Below, piece by piece: positions 1-9,453 of a stretch of 46,445 bases of DNA. Numbering within the stretch: the stretch's first letter is position 1; every line of letters begins with the position of its first letter. The notes below the pieces were generated by a model. It had not been told where the DNA came from. It searched no databases and worked only from the letters and a program-made list of their open reading frames with translations. The position numbers and the translations under genes were made by a program. This DNA comes from Pristiophorus japonicus (lineage: Eukaryota), in contig NC_092008.1 of the NCBI RefSeq assembly GCF_044704955.1, forward strand, positions 761,556-808,000, written 5' to 3'.

Positions 1-97
1 AAGGAGTTTAGACCGACATCAGCCCCACTCCCTCGTCTCCTCTCACCCCCTCCCCGTCCGCCCCCCGCCCCGGGCGAGTTGCAGCCCGTCTCCGTAC

Positions 98-143
98 CAG
101 AGAGGTGATGTGTCCGTGAGGAACGTCGTCAGGATCTTCTTCC
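98..143 (-). CDS. NAA10: NAA10 coding exon 4 (N-alpha-acetyltransferase 10, NatA catalytic subunit); gene continues beyond window start
   Basis: Minus strand reads ag|G GAA GAA GAT CCT GAC GAC GTT CCT CAC GGA CAC ATC ACC TCT CTG|gt = (M)EEDPDDVPHGHITSL, as in vertebrate NAA10; 46 nt; phase matches exon 3. Confidence 0.96.
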
Positions 144-406
144 CTGAAAAAAAAACACACGTGTTTAAAATCAAGACGGCCGTGGACGGTGCGATGACAT
201 CGGGGGGAGGTTTATAAACACCCCAGGGTGCAGTGACTCAATGCCCCACAATGGTGGGGGAGGGGGGGGAGGAAAAGAGGGCTCCCGGGTCCCACTCTGC
301 GCCCCGCTAACGTTAGACGCACCTGCCCCCGTGGGGTACGGTGGATCATCATCGGACAACGGGTCACGGGGCGATGGGGACAGGCAGTCAGGAACTGAGC
401 CTCCGG

Positions 407-1130
407 AAGGGACAGGAGGAGGCCGTTCAGCCCCTCGAGCCTGTTACATTAGGGACAGGAGGGGGCCGTTCAGCCCCTCGAGCCTGTTACATTAGGGACA
501 GGAGGAGGCCGTTCAGCCCATCGAGCCTGTTACATTAGGGACAGGAGGAGGCCGTTCAGCCACTCGAGCCTGTTACATTAGGGACAGGAGACCGTTCAGC
601 CCCTCGAGCCTGTTACATTAGGGACAGGAGGGGGCCGTTCAGCCCCTCGAGCCTGTTACATTAGGGACAGGAGGAGGCCGTTCAGCCCCTCGAGCCTGTT
701 ACATTAGGGACAGGAGGAGGCCGTTCAGCCCCTCGAGCCTGTTACATTAGGGACAGGAGGAGGCCGTTCAGCCCCTCGAGCCTGTTACATTAGGGACAGG
801 AGGAGGCCGTTCAGCCCCTCGAGCCTGTTACATTAGGAACAGGAGGAGGCCGTTCAGCCCCTCGAGCCTGTTACATTAGGGACAGGAGGAGGCCGTTCAG
901 CCCCTCGAGCCTGTTACATTAGGTACAGGAGGAGGCCGTTCAGCCCCTCGAGCCTGTTACATTAGGAACAGGAGGAGGCCGTTCAGCCCCTCGAGCCTGT
1001 TACATTAGGGACAGGAGGAGGCCATTCAGCCCCTCGAGCCTGTTACATTCGGGACAGGAGGAGGCCATTCAGCCCCTCGAGCCTGTTACATTAGGGACAG
1101 GAGGAGGCCATTCAGCCCCTCGAGTCTGCT
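407..1130. repeat. 43-bp minisatellite derived from a CR1 LINE 3' end
   Basis: Tandem ACATTAGGGACAGGAGGAGGCCGTTCAGCCCCTCGAGCCTGTT running into reverse-strand CR1 3' sequence. Confidence 0.9.
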
Positions 1131-1530
1131 CCACCAATCAATGAGATCGTGGCTGATCTGTATCTTAACCCCAGCTACCCGCCTTGGTTCCATAACCCTG
1201 AATACCCTTCCCCAACAAAAATCAATCGATCTTAGTCTTGAAATTTCTAATTGACCCCCGACCGCGACAGTGTTTTGGGGGAAGAGAGTTCCAGATTCCC
1301 ACGGCCCTTTGTGTGAAGAAGTGCTTCCTGACATCACAAGTGAATGGCCGGGCTCGAATTTTAAGGTGACGAGCCCTTGTTCTGTACTCTTTCCCTCCCC
1401 CACCCCACCAGAGCAAAGTTTCTCTCTATCTACCCTGTCGTAATCCTTTAAGCATTGTTAATGCCTCGATTGGATCACCCTTAATCTTCAGTACTCGAGG
1501 GAACATAAGAAATAGGAGCAGGAAGCGTGG
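1131..1530 (-). mobile_element. CR1 LINE 3' fragment
   Basis: Minus-strand translation RTRARHLKIRARPFTCDVRKHFFTQRAVGIWNSLP, typical of the CR1 ORF2 C-terminus. Confidence 0.8.
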
Positions 1531-1658
1531 GAGGGGGCTGGTGTGGAGCACAAACCCCGGCACGGAGCGGTGGGGCCTAACAGCCCGTTTGTGGGCCGTA
1601 CACACTGCGGAATTCTCTGCACTTGAACCGATCGGACACGGGGCTGCCTGTCACTCAC

Positions 1659-1717
1659 ATTTTAGCCAGAACGTAGCCAACGATCTTTCCGTTCTCATCC
1701 TCGGCGATGTAAGAGAG
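1659..1717 (-). CDS. NAA10: NAA10 coding exon 3
   Basis: cag|CTC TCT TAC ATC GCC GAG GAT GAG AAC GGA AAG ATC GTT GGC TAC GTT CTG GCT AAA AT|gtgagt = LSYIAEDENGKIVGYVLAK(M); 59 nt. Confidence 0.96.
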
Positions 1718-1928
1718 CTGGATGGCGGNNNNNNNNNNNNNNNNNNNNNNNNNNNNNNNNNNNNNNNNNNNNNNNNNNNNNNNNNNNNNNNNNNNNNNNN
1801 NNNNNNNNNNNNNNNNNNNNNNNNNNNNNNNNNNNNNNNNNNNNNNNNNNNNNNNNNNNNNNNNNNNNNNNNNNNNNNNNNNNNNNNNNNNNNNNNNNNN
1901 NNNNNNNNNNNNNNNNNNNNNNNNNNNN

Positions 1929-2148
1929 CTGGGGGGGGGAGTGACCTACAACTGGGGGGGGAGGGGGCGTGACACGCCACTGGGGGGGGGAGGGGGCGTG
2001 ACCTACCACTGGGGGGGGGAGGGGGCTTGACCTACCACTGGGGGGGGGGGGCTTGACCTACCACTGGGGGGGGGGGGGGGGAGGGGGCGTGACCTACCAC
2101 TGGGGGGGGGTGCGGGGGGGGGGGCGTGACCTACCGCTAAGGGGCGTG
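1929..2148. repeat. G-run minisatellite (GTGACCTACCACTGGGGGGGGGAGGGGGC-like) beside N-gap 1729-1928
   Basis: About 7 degenerate units with long G tracts. Confidence 0.8.
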
Positions 2149-2386
2149 TGTACATTCACCTGCGAGCCGAGGCAGCGCGGTGGGCGTGGCCATGCCTGGG
2201 GGCGTGGCTCGGGCCATGCCCATAAAAGGCGGCGGCCGCGCGCACCTGGGCCGTCGCCTGGGGGCGTGGCTCGGGCCATGCCCATAAAAGGCGGCGGCGG
2301 CGGCAGCAGCGTGCGCGCGATGGCCGCCTGAGTCCGGCCTGTAAACCTGCGGGCCGAGGGCCGAGGGCCGAGCGGCTTCCACCCAC

Positions 2387-2407
2387 CCTGGCGTTGCGGA
2401 TGTTCAT
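2387..2407 (-). CDS. NAA10: NAA10 coding exon 1 (MNIRNAR)
   Basis: Kozak gccgccATG, then MNIRNAR and a gtgggt donor; matches the NAA10 N-terminus. Confidence 0.95.
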
Positions 2408-2529
2408 GGCGGCGCGGCTGTGTGGGCTTGCGGTGAGGCGTCGATGCTCTGTCCGTCCGTCAATGGCCGCTCTCTCTCTCTCTCTCCCTCAGCCCCCGGG
2501 TTTGAATCGCTCGCTCTCGCTCTCAGCGC

Positions 2530-3070
2530 ACCAACCGTACCCTCGCCGCCACCACGTGACCTCCTCAGCGCCCTTCCCATTGGCCTCACCCACCACCTGA
2601 CCCGCTTCGTCCAATCAGCGCCGCGCTCCGCCCCGATTGACATCCGCGTCGTCCAATCAGACGGCGGTGGGGTGGGGGGGGTGGGATCACCTGAGGGCGG
2701 GATCACAGCCCTGCGCCCGTCACCCACTCGCAGCCAATCCCAGGCCGGGACTCGCGATTGACAGCCCAGCCCGCCAATCGGGCTGAGAGTGACCGCGAAT
2801 GACAACGCGACGGACCAATCCGCTCTGAGGCAGCTCCCCCCCCCCCCACCAACCATTGACAATCGGCTCCGAGAGTGCGCCCTGATTGACAAGGTGAAAG
2901 ACCAATCATACGTCTAGCCTTGTAGTCCGCCTGGCAGCCAATCAGCAGCAAGTCCCTCTTTATTTTAACCCCGCCCACTCTTAAAGGGGAACTTTCTGTG
3001 AATTCAGGGGGAGCCAGTTGGAAGGTGGGGGGGAAGAAAATAAATCAGTCAGGGAATCTTCCGGAAGCCG
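2530..3070. promoter_or_regulatory. NAA10 CpG-rich promoter with a dense CCAAT-box cluster
   Basis: CCAAT at 2611, 2653, 2734, 2774, 2815, 2902, 2938; ATTGG at 2579; CACGTG E-box ~2553; CCGGAAG (ETS-type) at 3061; immediately upstream of the NAA10 ATG. Confidence 0.8.
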
Positions 3071-3296
3071 CTCCAGTGACTCCGCCCCCCCCCACAGTGC
3101 CGGAGGGGCGCCGAGCGAGGACAACCTCTGCCTCGGCGGTGATGCCGGCTGCAGTCGAACTGCCGAGCTTCGTCCGTACAGAATCAACACCGTCCCGGAG
3201 GGGGTCAACACCGAGGGTCGTCGACTCAACCCGGAAACTTCCCTCCTGCCTTTGACCCACTGCCCGGTCATGGGGGCACGGAGCTGGACTTCACAA

Positions 3297-4060
3297 CGGG
3301 AGGAGGCCGTTCAGCCCCTCGAGCCTGTTACATTAGGGACAGGAGGAGGCCGTTCAGCCCCTCGAGCCTGTTACATTAGGAACAGGAGGAGGCCGTTCAG
3401 CCCCTCGAGCCTGTTACATTAAGGACAGGAGTAGACCGTTCAGCCCCTCGAGCCTGTTACATTAGGGACAGGAGGAGGCCGTTCAGCTTCTCGAGCCTGT
3501 TACATTAGGGACAGGAGGAGGCCGTTCAGCCCCTCGAGTCTGTTACATTAGGGACAGCAGGAGGCCGTTCAGCCCCTTGAGCCTGTTACATTAGGAACAG
3601 GAGGAGGCCGTTCAGCCCCTCGAGCCTGTTACATTAGGGACAGGAGGAGGCCGTTCAGCCCCTCGAGCCTGTTACATTAGGGACAGGAGGAGGCCGTTCA
3701 GCCCCTCGAGCCTGTTACATTAGGGACAGGAGGAGGCCGTTCAGCCCCTCGAGCCTGTTACATTAGGGACAGGAGGAGGCCGTTCAGCCCCTCGAGTCTG
3801 TTACATTAGGGACAGCAGGAGGCCGTTCAGCCCCTCGAGCCTGTTACATTAGGAACAGGAGGAGGCCGTTCAGCCCCTCGAGCCTGTTACATTAGGGACA
3901 GGAGGAGGCCATTCAGCCCCTCGAGTCTGTTACATTAGGGACAGGAGGAGGCCATTCAGCCCCTCGAGCCTGTTACATTAGGGACAGGAGGAGGCCGTTC
4001 AGCCCCTCGAGCCTGTTACATTAGGGACAGGAGGAGGCCGTTCAGCTCCTCGAGCCTGCT
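3297..4060. repeat. 43-bp CR1-tail minisatellite, second array
   Basis: Same unit and orientation as 407-1130. Confidence 0.9.
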
Positions 4061-4084
4061 CTGCCATGTGACTGGGTCTGTGGT

Positions 4085-4173
4085 TCTCATATTGGACTGT
4101 TCAGCCACTTAAGGACTCACTTTTAGAGTGGAAGCAAGTCTTCCTCGATTCCGAGGGACTGCCTATGATGATG
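4085..4173 (+). mobile_element. RTE-clade LINE 3' tail
   Basis: GTGGAAGCAAGTCTTCCTCGATTCCGAGGGACTGCCTATGATGATG, matching the RTE 3' ends at ~41670, ~32500 and ~41870. Confidence 0.75.
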
Positions 4174-4210
4174 GAGGAGAGTGTTCTCAGTGCCTGGTTG
4201 CCACAGTGCT

Positions 4211-4562
4211 GGGATTAGCTATTCTGGCTCAGTATTGACCCCACGTACCATAACTTGACGGACAAATGGGAGACGGAGAGATGACGCAGTTCTGTTCAGA
4301 TGGGCCGAGGCACAGTGATCTTTGGAGGGTGTTAAGAAGGAAGTAACTCCCGTGAAATCCTGATTACCCTTGACCCAAGAATGGGGTGCCTTCACCTAAA
4401 GTGTCCAGAAAACTAGGTGTTCTTAGCCTGGCCATTGACGTCAAAGGGACACAGGGTCCCTTATCGTGACATTACAATTAAGAGATCATGTTTTGAACAT
4501 GGTGGCTGGGGGGGGCTGGGGGTGGGTGGGGGGAAGAGATAACTCTTCGAGTGCCGTATAAA
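4211..4562 (+). promoter_or_regulatory. Putative relic LWS opsin promoter (CRX/OTX-type site and TATA box)
   Basis: GGGATTAG (reverse complement CTAATCCC) at 4211-4218; TGATTA at 4361; TATAAA at 4557-4562, about 90 nt upstream of the exon 1 ATG. Confidence 0.55.
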
Positions 4563-4652
4563 GCCTCCCGCCTGTCTGCGGAGCGATGTGCAGTTCACGG
4601 TCTCGGGGGGGTGGGAGTCACCGCGATGAGGCCCGGCGATCGACGAGGGGAC

Positions 4653-4777
4653 ATGATGGGACCATGGGCTCTGGTGGCCTTTGTGACCAGGCGGAGGTAC
4701 AAGGAGGAGGAGGAGGAGGAGGAGGAGGAGGAGACGATGACCAGGACCAGCGTCCGCCTACACCAACAGCACGAAGG
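4653..4777 (+). pseudogene. OPN1LW: LWS opsin pseudo-exon 1
   Basis: MMGPWALVAFVTRRRYK(E10)TMTRTSV/[frameshift]/AYTNSTK(G), resembling the LWS N-terminus (W..A.FAARR...E.TR.S.F.YTNSN.TRG); phase-1 donor reads gcgagt rather than gtgagt. Confidence 0.8.
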
Positions 4778-4934
4778 GCGAGTCCGCAATATAAACCGCG
4801 TCCCAGTGAAGGGCCGCCCCCGCATCGCGCAGGCCGTCACGCGCTCTCGCCTCGCGGGGCGTGCTGCACAGAAACGGGGCCCAAGGTGCCAGCGTTTATG
4901 CTGCACTCCACCCTGCCCTGGGAATCGCTGGCAA

Positions 4935-5314
4935 GTCCAAGACGGCGAGGAGGATCGCCCTTCGTTTGGCAGCGATCTCGTTGGCCACAAAGTCGAGTCG
5001 CTCCATGAAGGCCTCCCAATCGTCCCCTTCTCAGCATTTCTCCAGGATGACAACAGTTCTCTGCATTTTCGCGTGATGGTTCGTTATCTCGTCGCCAGTT
5101 GTTATGTTCAGAATAAAGTAATGTAACTGAGTACTGTAGATGTCAGCAAGTGTGACCTTGGTCTCTTTTTATTCTAACTCCAGAGTGCTGGCACAGCATG
5201 GGGGGCCTGCTTATATACAGTGCTCCCAAGGGATGCTGGGATCCCTTGGGACTCTAACAGGTACGCCCTCTGGTGGTAGTATAATACTGGTTACATAGGG
5301 TTGCATACATAACA
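4935..5314 (-). mobile_element. Truncated Gypsy element: LTR (5100-5314), primer-binding site and gag start
   Basis: TGTTATGT...ACATAACA termini (215 bp), TGGCGACGAG primer-binding site, then decayed gag (ILEK..EGDDWEAF.ERL..FVANE..AAKRRAILL) homologous to the gag at 9697. Confidence 0.85.
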
Positions 5315-5408
5315 CCTAATTGGCCCTCGAAGGTGGTGGTGAGCCACCGCCTTGAACTGCTGCAGTCCTGTGTGGTGAAGGTGCTCCCACAGTGCTGTTA
5401 GGGAGGAA

Positions 5409-5638
5409 TAACCCTTGCCCCTGGACCAAGACCTCGCTCTGTCAAGCCCCGTGTGGTGGCTGGTGTGCAACGGTCACCCCATGTTAAAACAATCCACCCA
5501 CAGGCATCTTCCACCCTTCAGGATGTAGTTCAGGATCTGGAATATTAGGTCCTTCATTGAAACACCTGTGAACTCATCCCTTTTCAGTGTGGAAGCAAGT
5601 CATCCTCACTTCGAGGGACTGCCTATGATGACGATGAT
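5409..5638 (+). mobile_element. Non-autonomous element ending in an RTE-type 3' tail, nested in an older repeat
   Basis: Body matches 39215-39425; ends GGAAGCAAGTCATCCTC..GAGGGACTGCCTATGATGACGATGATG. Confidence 0.7.
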
Positions 5639-5827
5639 GTTAGGGAGGGAGTTCCAGGATTGTGACCCAGCGACGATGAAGGAACGGCCGATATATTTCC
5701 AAGTTGGGATGGTGTGTGACTGGGAGGGGAACGTGGAGGGGGTGGTGTTCCCATGCGCCTGCTGCCCTTGTCCTTCTAGGCGGGTAGAGGTCACGGGTTT
5801 AGGAGGTGCTGCCGAAGAAGCCTTGGC

Positions 5828-6355
5828 CTCCTAACTTGAGGAAGGACGTTCTTGCTATTGAGGGAGTGCAGCGAAGGTTCACCAGACTGATTCCCGGGAT
5901 GGCAGGACTGACATATGAGGAGAGACTGGATCGACGGGGCTTATATTCACTGGAGTTTAGAAGAATGAGAGGGGATCTCATAGAAACATATAAAATTCTG
6001 ACGGGACTGGACAGGTTAGATGCAGGAAGAATGTTCCCGATGTTGGGGAAGTCCAGAACCAGGGCTCACAGTCTAAGGATAAGGGGTAAGCCATTTAGGA
6101 CCGAGATGAGAAACTTCTTTACTCAGAGTTGTTAACCTGTGGAATTCCCTACCGCAGAGAGTTGTTGGGGCCAGTTCGTTAGATATATTCAAAAGGGAGT
6201 TAGATGTGGCCCTTACGGCTAAAGGGATCAAGGGGTATGGAGAGAAAGCAGGAATGGGGTACTGAGGGAATGATCAGCCATGATCATATTGAATGGTGGT
6301 GCAGGATCGAGGGGCCGAATGGCCTACTCCTGCACCTATTTTCTATGTTTCTATG
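5828..6355 (+). mobile_element. CR1 LINE 3' fragment
   Basis: LRKDVLAIEGVQRRFTRLIPGMAGLTYEERL...NFFTQ; (TTTCTATG)n tail. Confidence 0.9.
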
Positions 6356-6359
6356 AGAT

Positions 6360-8000
6360 CCCACCCTCTCCATTCCCCCCCATCACTGTCTCCTTCCATT
6401 CCTTTCTCCCCCATGTGTTTATCCAGCCTCCCCCTGAAATGCATCGATACTATTGGCCTCGAGCCCTCCCTGTGGCAGCGAGTTCCACATTCCCACCGCT
6501 CTCTGGGTAAAGAGGTTTCTCCTGAATTCCCCATTGGGTTTATCAGTGACTGTCTGATATTGGTGGCCCCCGAGTTCTGGTCTCCCCCACAAGTGGGAAC
6601 ATCTTCTCTACGTCTACCCCATCGAACCCCCTTCATAATCTTACACCCCTCCATCAGCTCACCCCTCAGCCTTCGCTTTGCTAGAGCAAAGATCCTCAGC
6701 CTGTTCAATCTCTCCCGCTAGTTGAAACGAACCCCACGTATCCGATTAAACAGACTGCAGTCCCTTTAATCACTGAAATTTCTTTCACTGCATAGTCTAC
6801 ACAGCTTTGATCGCCATGCTATAAAAAGGATATACAAGCACTAGAGCAGGTGCAAAAAAAGGATTTACAAGGATGATACCAGAACTGAGGTTATAACTAT
6901 CGGGGATGGCTGAACAGGCTGGGGATCTTTCAGGAAGAGCAGGAGTCGGCCATTCGGCCCCTCGAGCCCGCTCCGCCATCCAATCAGATCACGGCTGATC
7001 TTCGACCTCAACTCCACTTCCCCGCCCGATCCCTCGATTCCCCTCGAGTCCAAAAATCTATCGATCTCAGCCTTGAATATACTCAACGACTGAGCCTCCA
7101 CAGCCCTCTGGGGCAGAGAATTCCAAAGATTCACAGATTCCCGACAAAAGAGAAACATAGAAAATAGGTGCAGGAGCAGGCCATTCGGCCCTTCGAGCCT
7201 GCACCACCATTCAATATGATCATGGCTGATCATTCCCTCAGTACCCCATTCCTGCTTTCTCTCCATACCCCTTGATCCCTTTTTTCCGTAAGGGCCACAT
7301 CTAACTCCCTTTTGAATATATCTAACGAACTGACCCCAACAACTCTCTGCGGTAGAGAATTCCACAGGTTAACAACTCTGAGTAAAGAAGTTTCTCATCT
7401 CGGTCCTAAATGGCTTACCCCTTATCCTTAGACTGTGACCCCTGGTTCTGGACTTCCCCAACATCGGGAACATTCTTCCCGCATCTAACCTGTCCCGTCC
7501 CGTCAGAATGTTATATGTTTCCATGGGATCCCCTCTCATCCTTCTAAATTACAGTGAATATAAGCCTAGTCGATCCAGTCTTTCTTCATATGTCAGTCCC
7601 GTCATCCCGGGAATCAGTCTGGTGAACCTTCGCTGCACTCCCTCAATAGCAAGAATGTCCTTCCTCAGATTAGGAGACCAAAACTGAACCCAATATTCAA
7701 GGTCCTGTACAACCCTAAAGGCTGAGGGGTGAGCTGATGGAGGGGTGTAAGATTATGAAGGGGGTTCGATGGGGTAGACGTAGAGAAGATGTTCCCACTT
7801 GTGGGGGAGACCAGAACTCGGGGGCCACCAATATCAGACAGTCACTGATAAACCCAAATAAATCAGGCTCGAGGCGAATAGTATCGATGGATTTAAGGGG
7901 AGGCTGGATAAACACATGGGGGGGGAAAGTAATAGAAGGAGACGGTGATGGGGGAGATGGAGAGGGGTGGGAGTGGGCTGGTGTGGATCATAAACCCTGG
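6360..8000. mobile_element. Cluster of CR1 fragments in both orientations
   Basis: 7153-7700 is a minus-strand relative of 5828-6355; 6537-6672 and 7718-7856 are reverse complements; CR1 ORF2 C-terminal motifs. Confidence 0.8.
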
Positions 8001-8013
8001 CACAGAGCGGTGG

Positions 8014-8709
8014 GCCCAGTGACCCCTGGGTTAGAGAGAGAGAGGAAATCAGCCAGGGTTCCTGCTCCTGATCACTGCCCAGTGACCCCCTGAGTTAGAG
8101 AGAGGGGGAAATCAGCCAGGGTTCCTGCTCCTGATCACTGCCCAGTGACCCCCTGAGTTAGAGAGAGGGGGAAATCAGCCAGGGTTCCTGCTCCTGATCA
8201 CTGCCCAGTGACCCCTGGGTTAGAGAGAGAGGGGAAATCAGCCAGGGTTCCTGCTCCTGATCACTGCCCAGTGACCCCTGGGTTAGAGAGAGGGGAAATC
8301 AGCCAGGGTTCCTGCTCCTGATCACTGCCCAGTGACCCCTGGGTTAGAGAGAGGGGAAATCAGCCAGGGTTCCTGCTCCTGATCACTGCCCAGTGACCCC
8401 TGGGTTAGAGAGAGAGAGGAAATCAGCCAGGGTTCCTGCTCCTGATCACTGCCCAGTGACCCCTGGGTTAGAGAGAGGGGAAATCAGCCAGAGTTCCTGC
8501 TCCTGATCACTGCCCAGTGACCCCTGGGTTAGAGAGAGGGGAAATCAGCCAGGGTTCCTGCTCCTGATCACTGCCCAGTGACCCCTGGGTTAGAGAGAGG
8601 GGAAATCAGCCAGGGTTCCTGCTCCTGATCACTGCCCAGTGACCCCTGGGTTAGAGAGAGAGAGGAAATCAGCCAGGGTTCCTGCTCCTGATCACTGCCC
8701 AGTGACCCA
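8014..8709. repeat. ~60-bp minisatellite (reverse orientation of the arrays at 25.8-30.9 kb)
   Basis: Tandem CCCAGTGACCCCTGGGTTAGAGAGAGGGGAAATCAGCCAGGGTTCCTGCTCCTGATCACTG. Confidence 0.92.
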
Positions 8710-8910
8710 GTGGCAGTTTTCATTGTAAGTGCTGACATAGATCGGGAAAAAGGAAATGCAAGGAGCTGCATATATTTAATATATCGGAACAGATACCTCT
8801 CTCGCTAAACGGTCGGTAACCTCGAACGCTCCCATTAACGCTCCTTCTGGCCGCTAACTGAGGCGTTGGACCACCGAGAATCCAGCCCAATGCCTTTATT
8901 CCAACTTTCG

Positions 8911-9078
8911 GTACTGGCCATCTGGACTGAAGACGTCATGCGGGCCGGATATGTTCAGCGGGAGCTCGGACCCTGGCGGCCAGTCCTACATGATCACACT
9001 GACCCTCACCTGTGCCGTGTTCTCCTGTCGCCATCATCGTCACCCTGCTACTGACAAGTCTGGATGGCCAACCGAGCG
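8911..9078 (+). pseudogene. OPN1LW: LWS opsin pseudo-exon 4
   Basis: YWPSGLKTSCGPDMFSGSSDPGGQSYMITLTLTCAVF/+1/PVAIIVT/+1/CY*QVWMANRA|gtgag; acceptor reads tttcg instead of ag. Confidence 0.95.
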
Positions 9079-9453
9079 GTGAGCAAATAACTCTTTGCAC
9101 CTTCATCCACACATGGCCCCTCTCTGCGTCATCCCACTCAAACATGGCTCAGTCACACTCACGCAATCGCTCTCGCACTCGCACTCGTTCTCACTCAGAC
9201 TCACTCTCACGCATTCACTCACACACACGCACACAGACACACGCTCTCATATACTCATACACTCACTCACGAGTGTGTGTGTTTAGGTTGTGAGGTAAGT
9301 GTGTGCTGTAGGTGTGATTGGTGTAAGCGATGCCCGTGTGACGCAGTGTGACTGGTTCGATGCCCGTGTGATGTAGTTCGATGCCCGTGTGACGGTTCGA
9401 TGTCCGTGTGACGCAGTGTGAGCGATGCCCGTGCGAGGCAGTGTGACAGGTTC

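Noticed and set aside
4551-5126. 191-aa ORF with poly-Glu as a novel gene
   Set aside because: Chimera of the frameshifted LWS exon 1, intron 1 and the antisense strand of a Gypsy gag fragment
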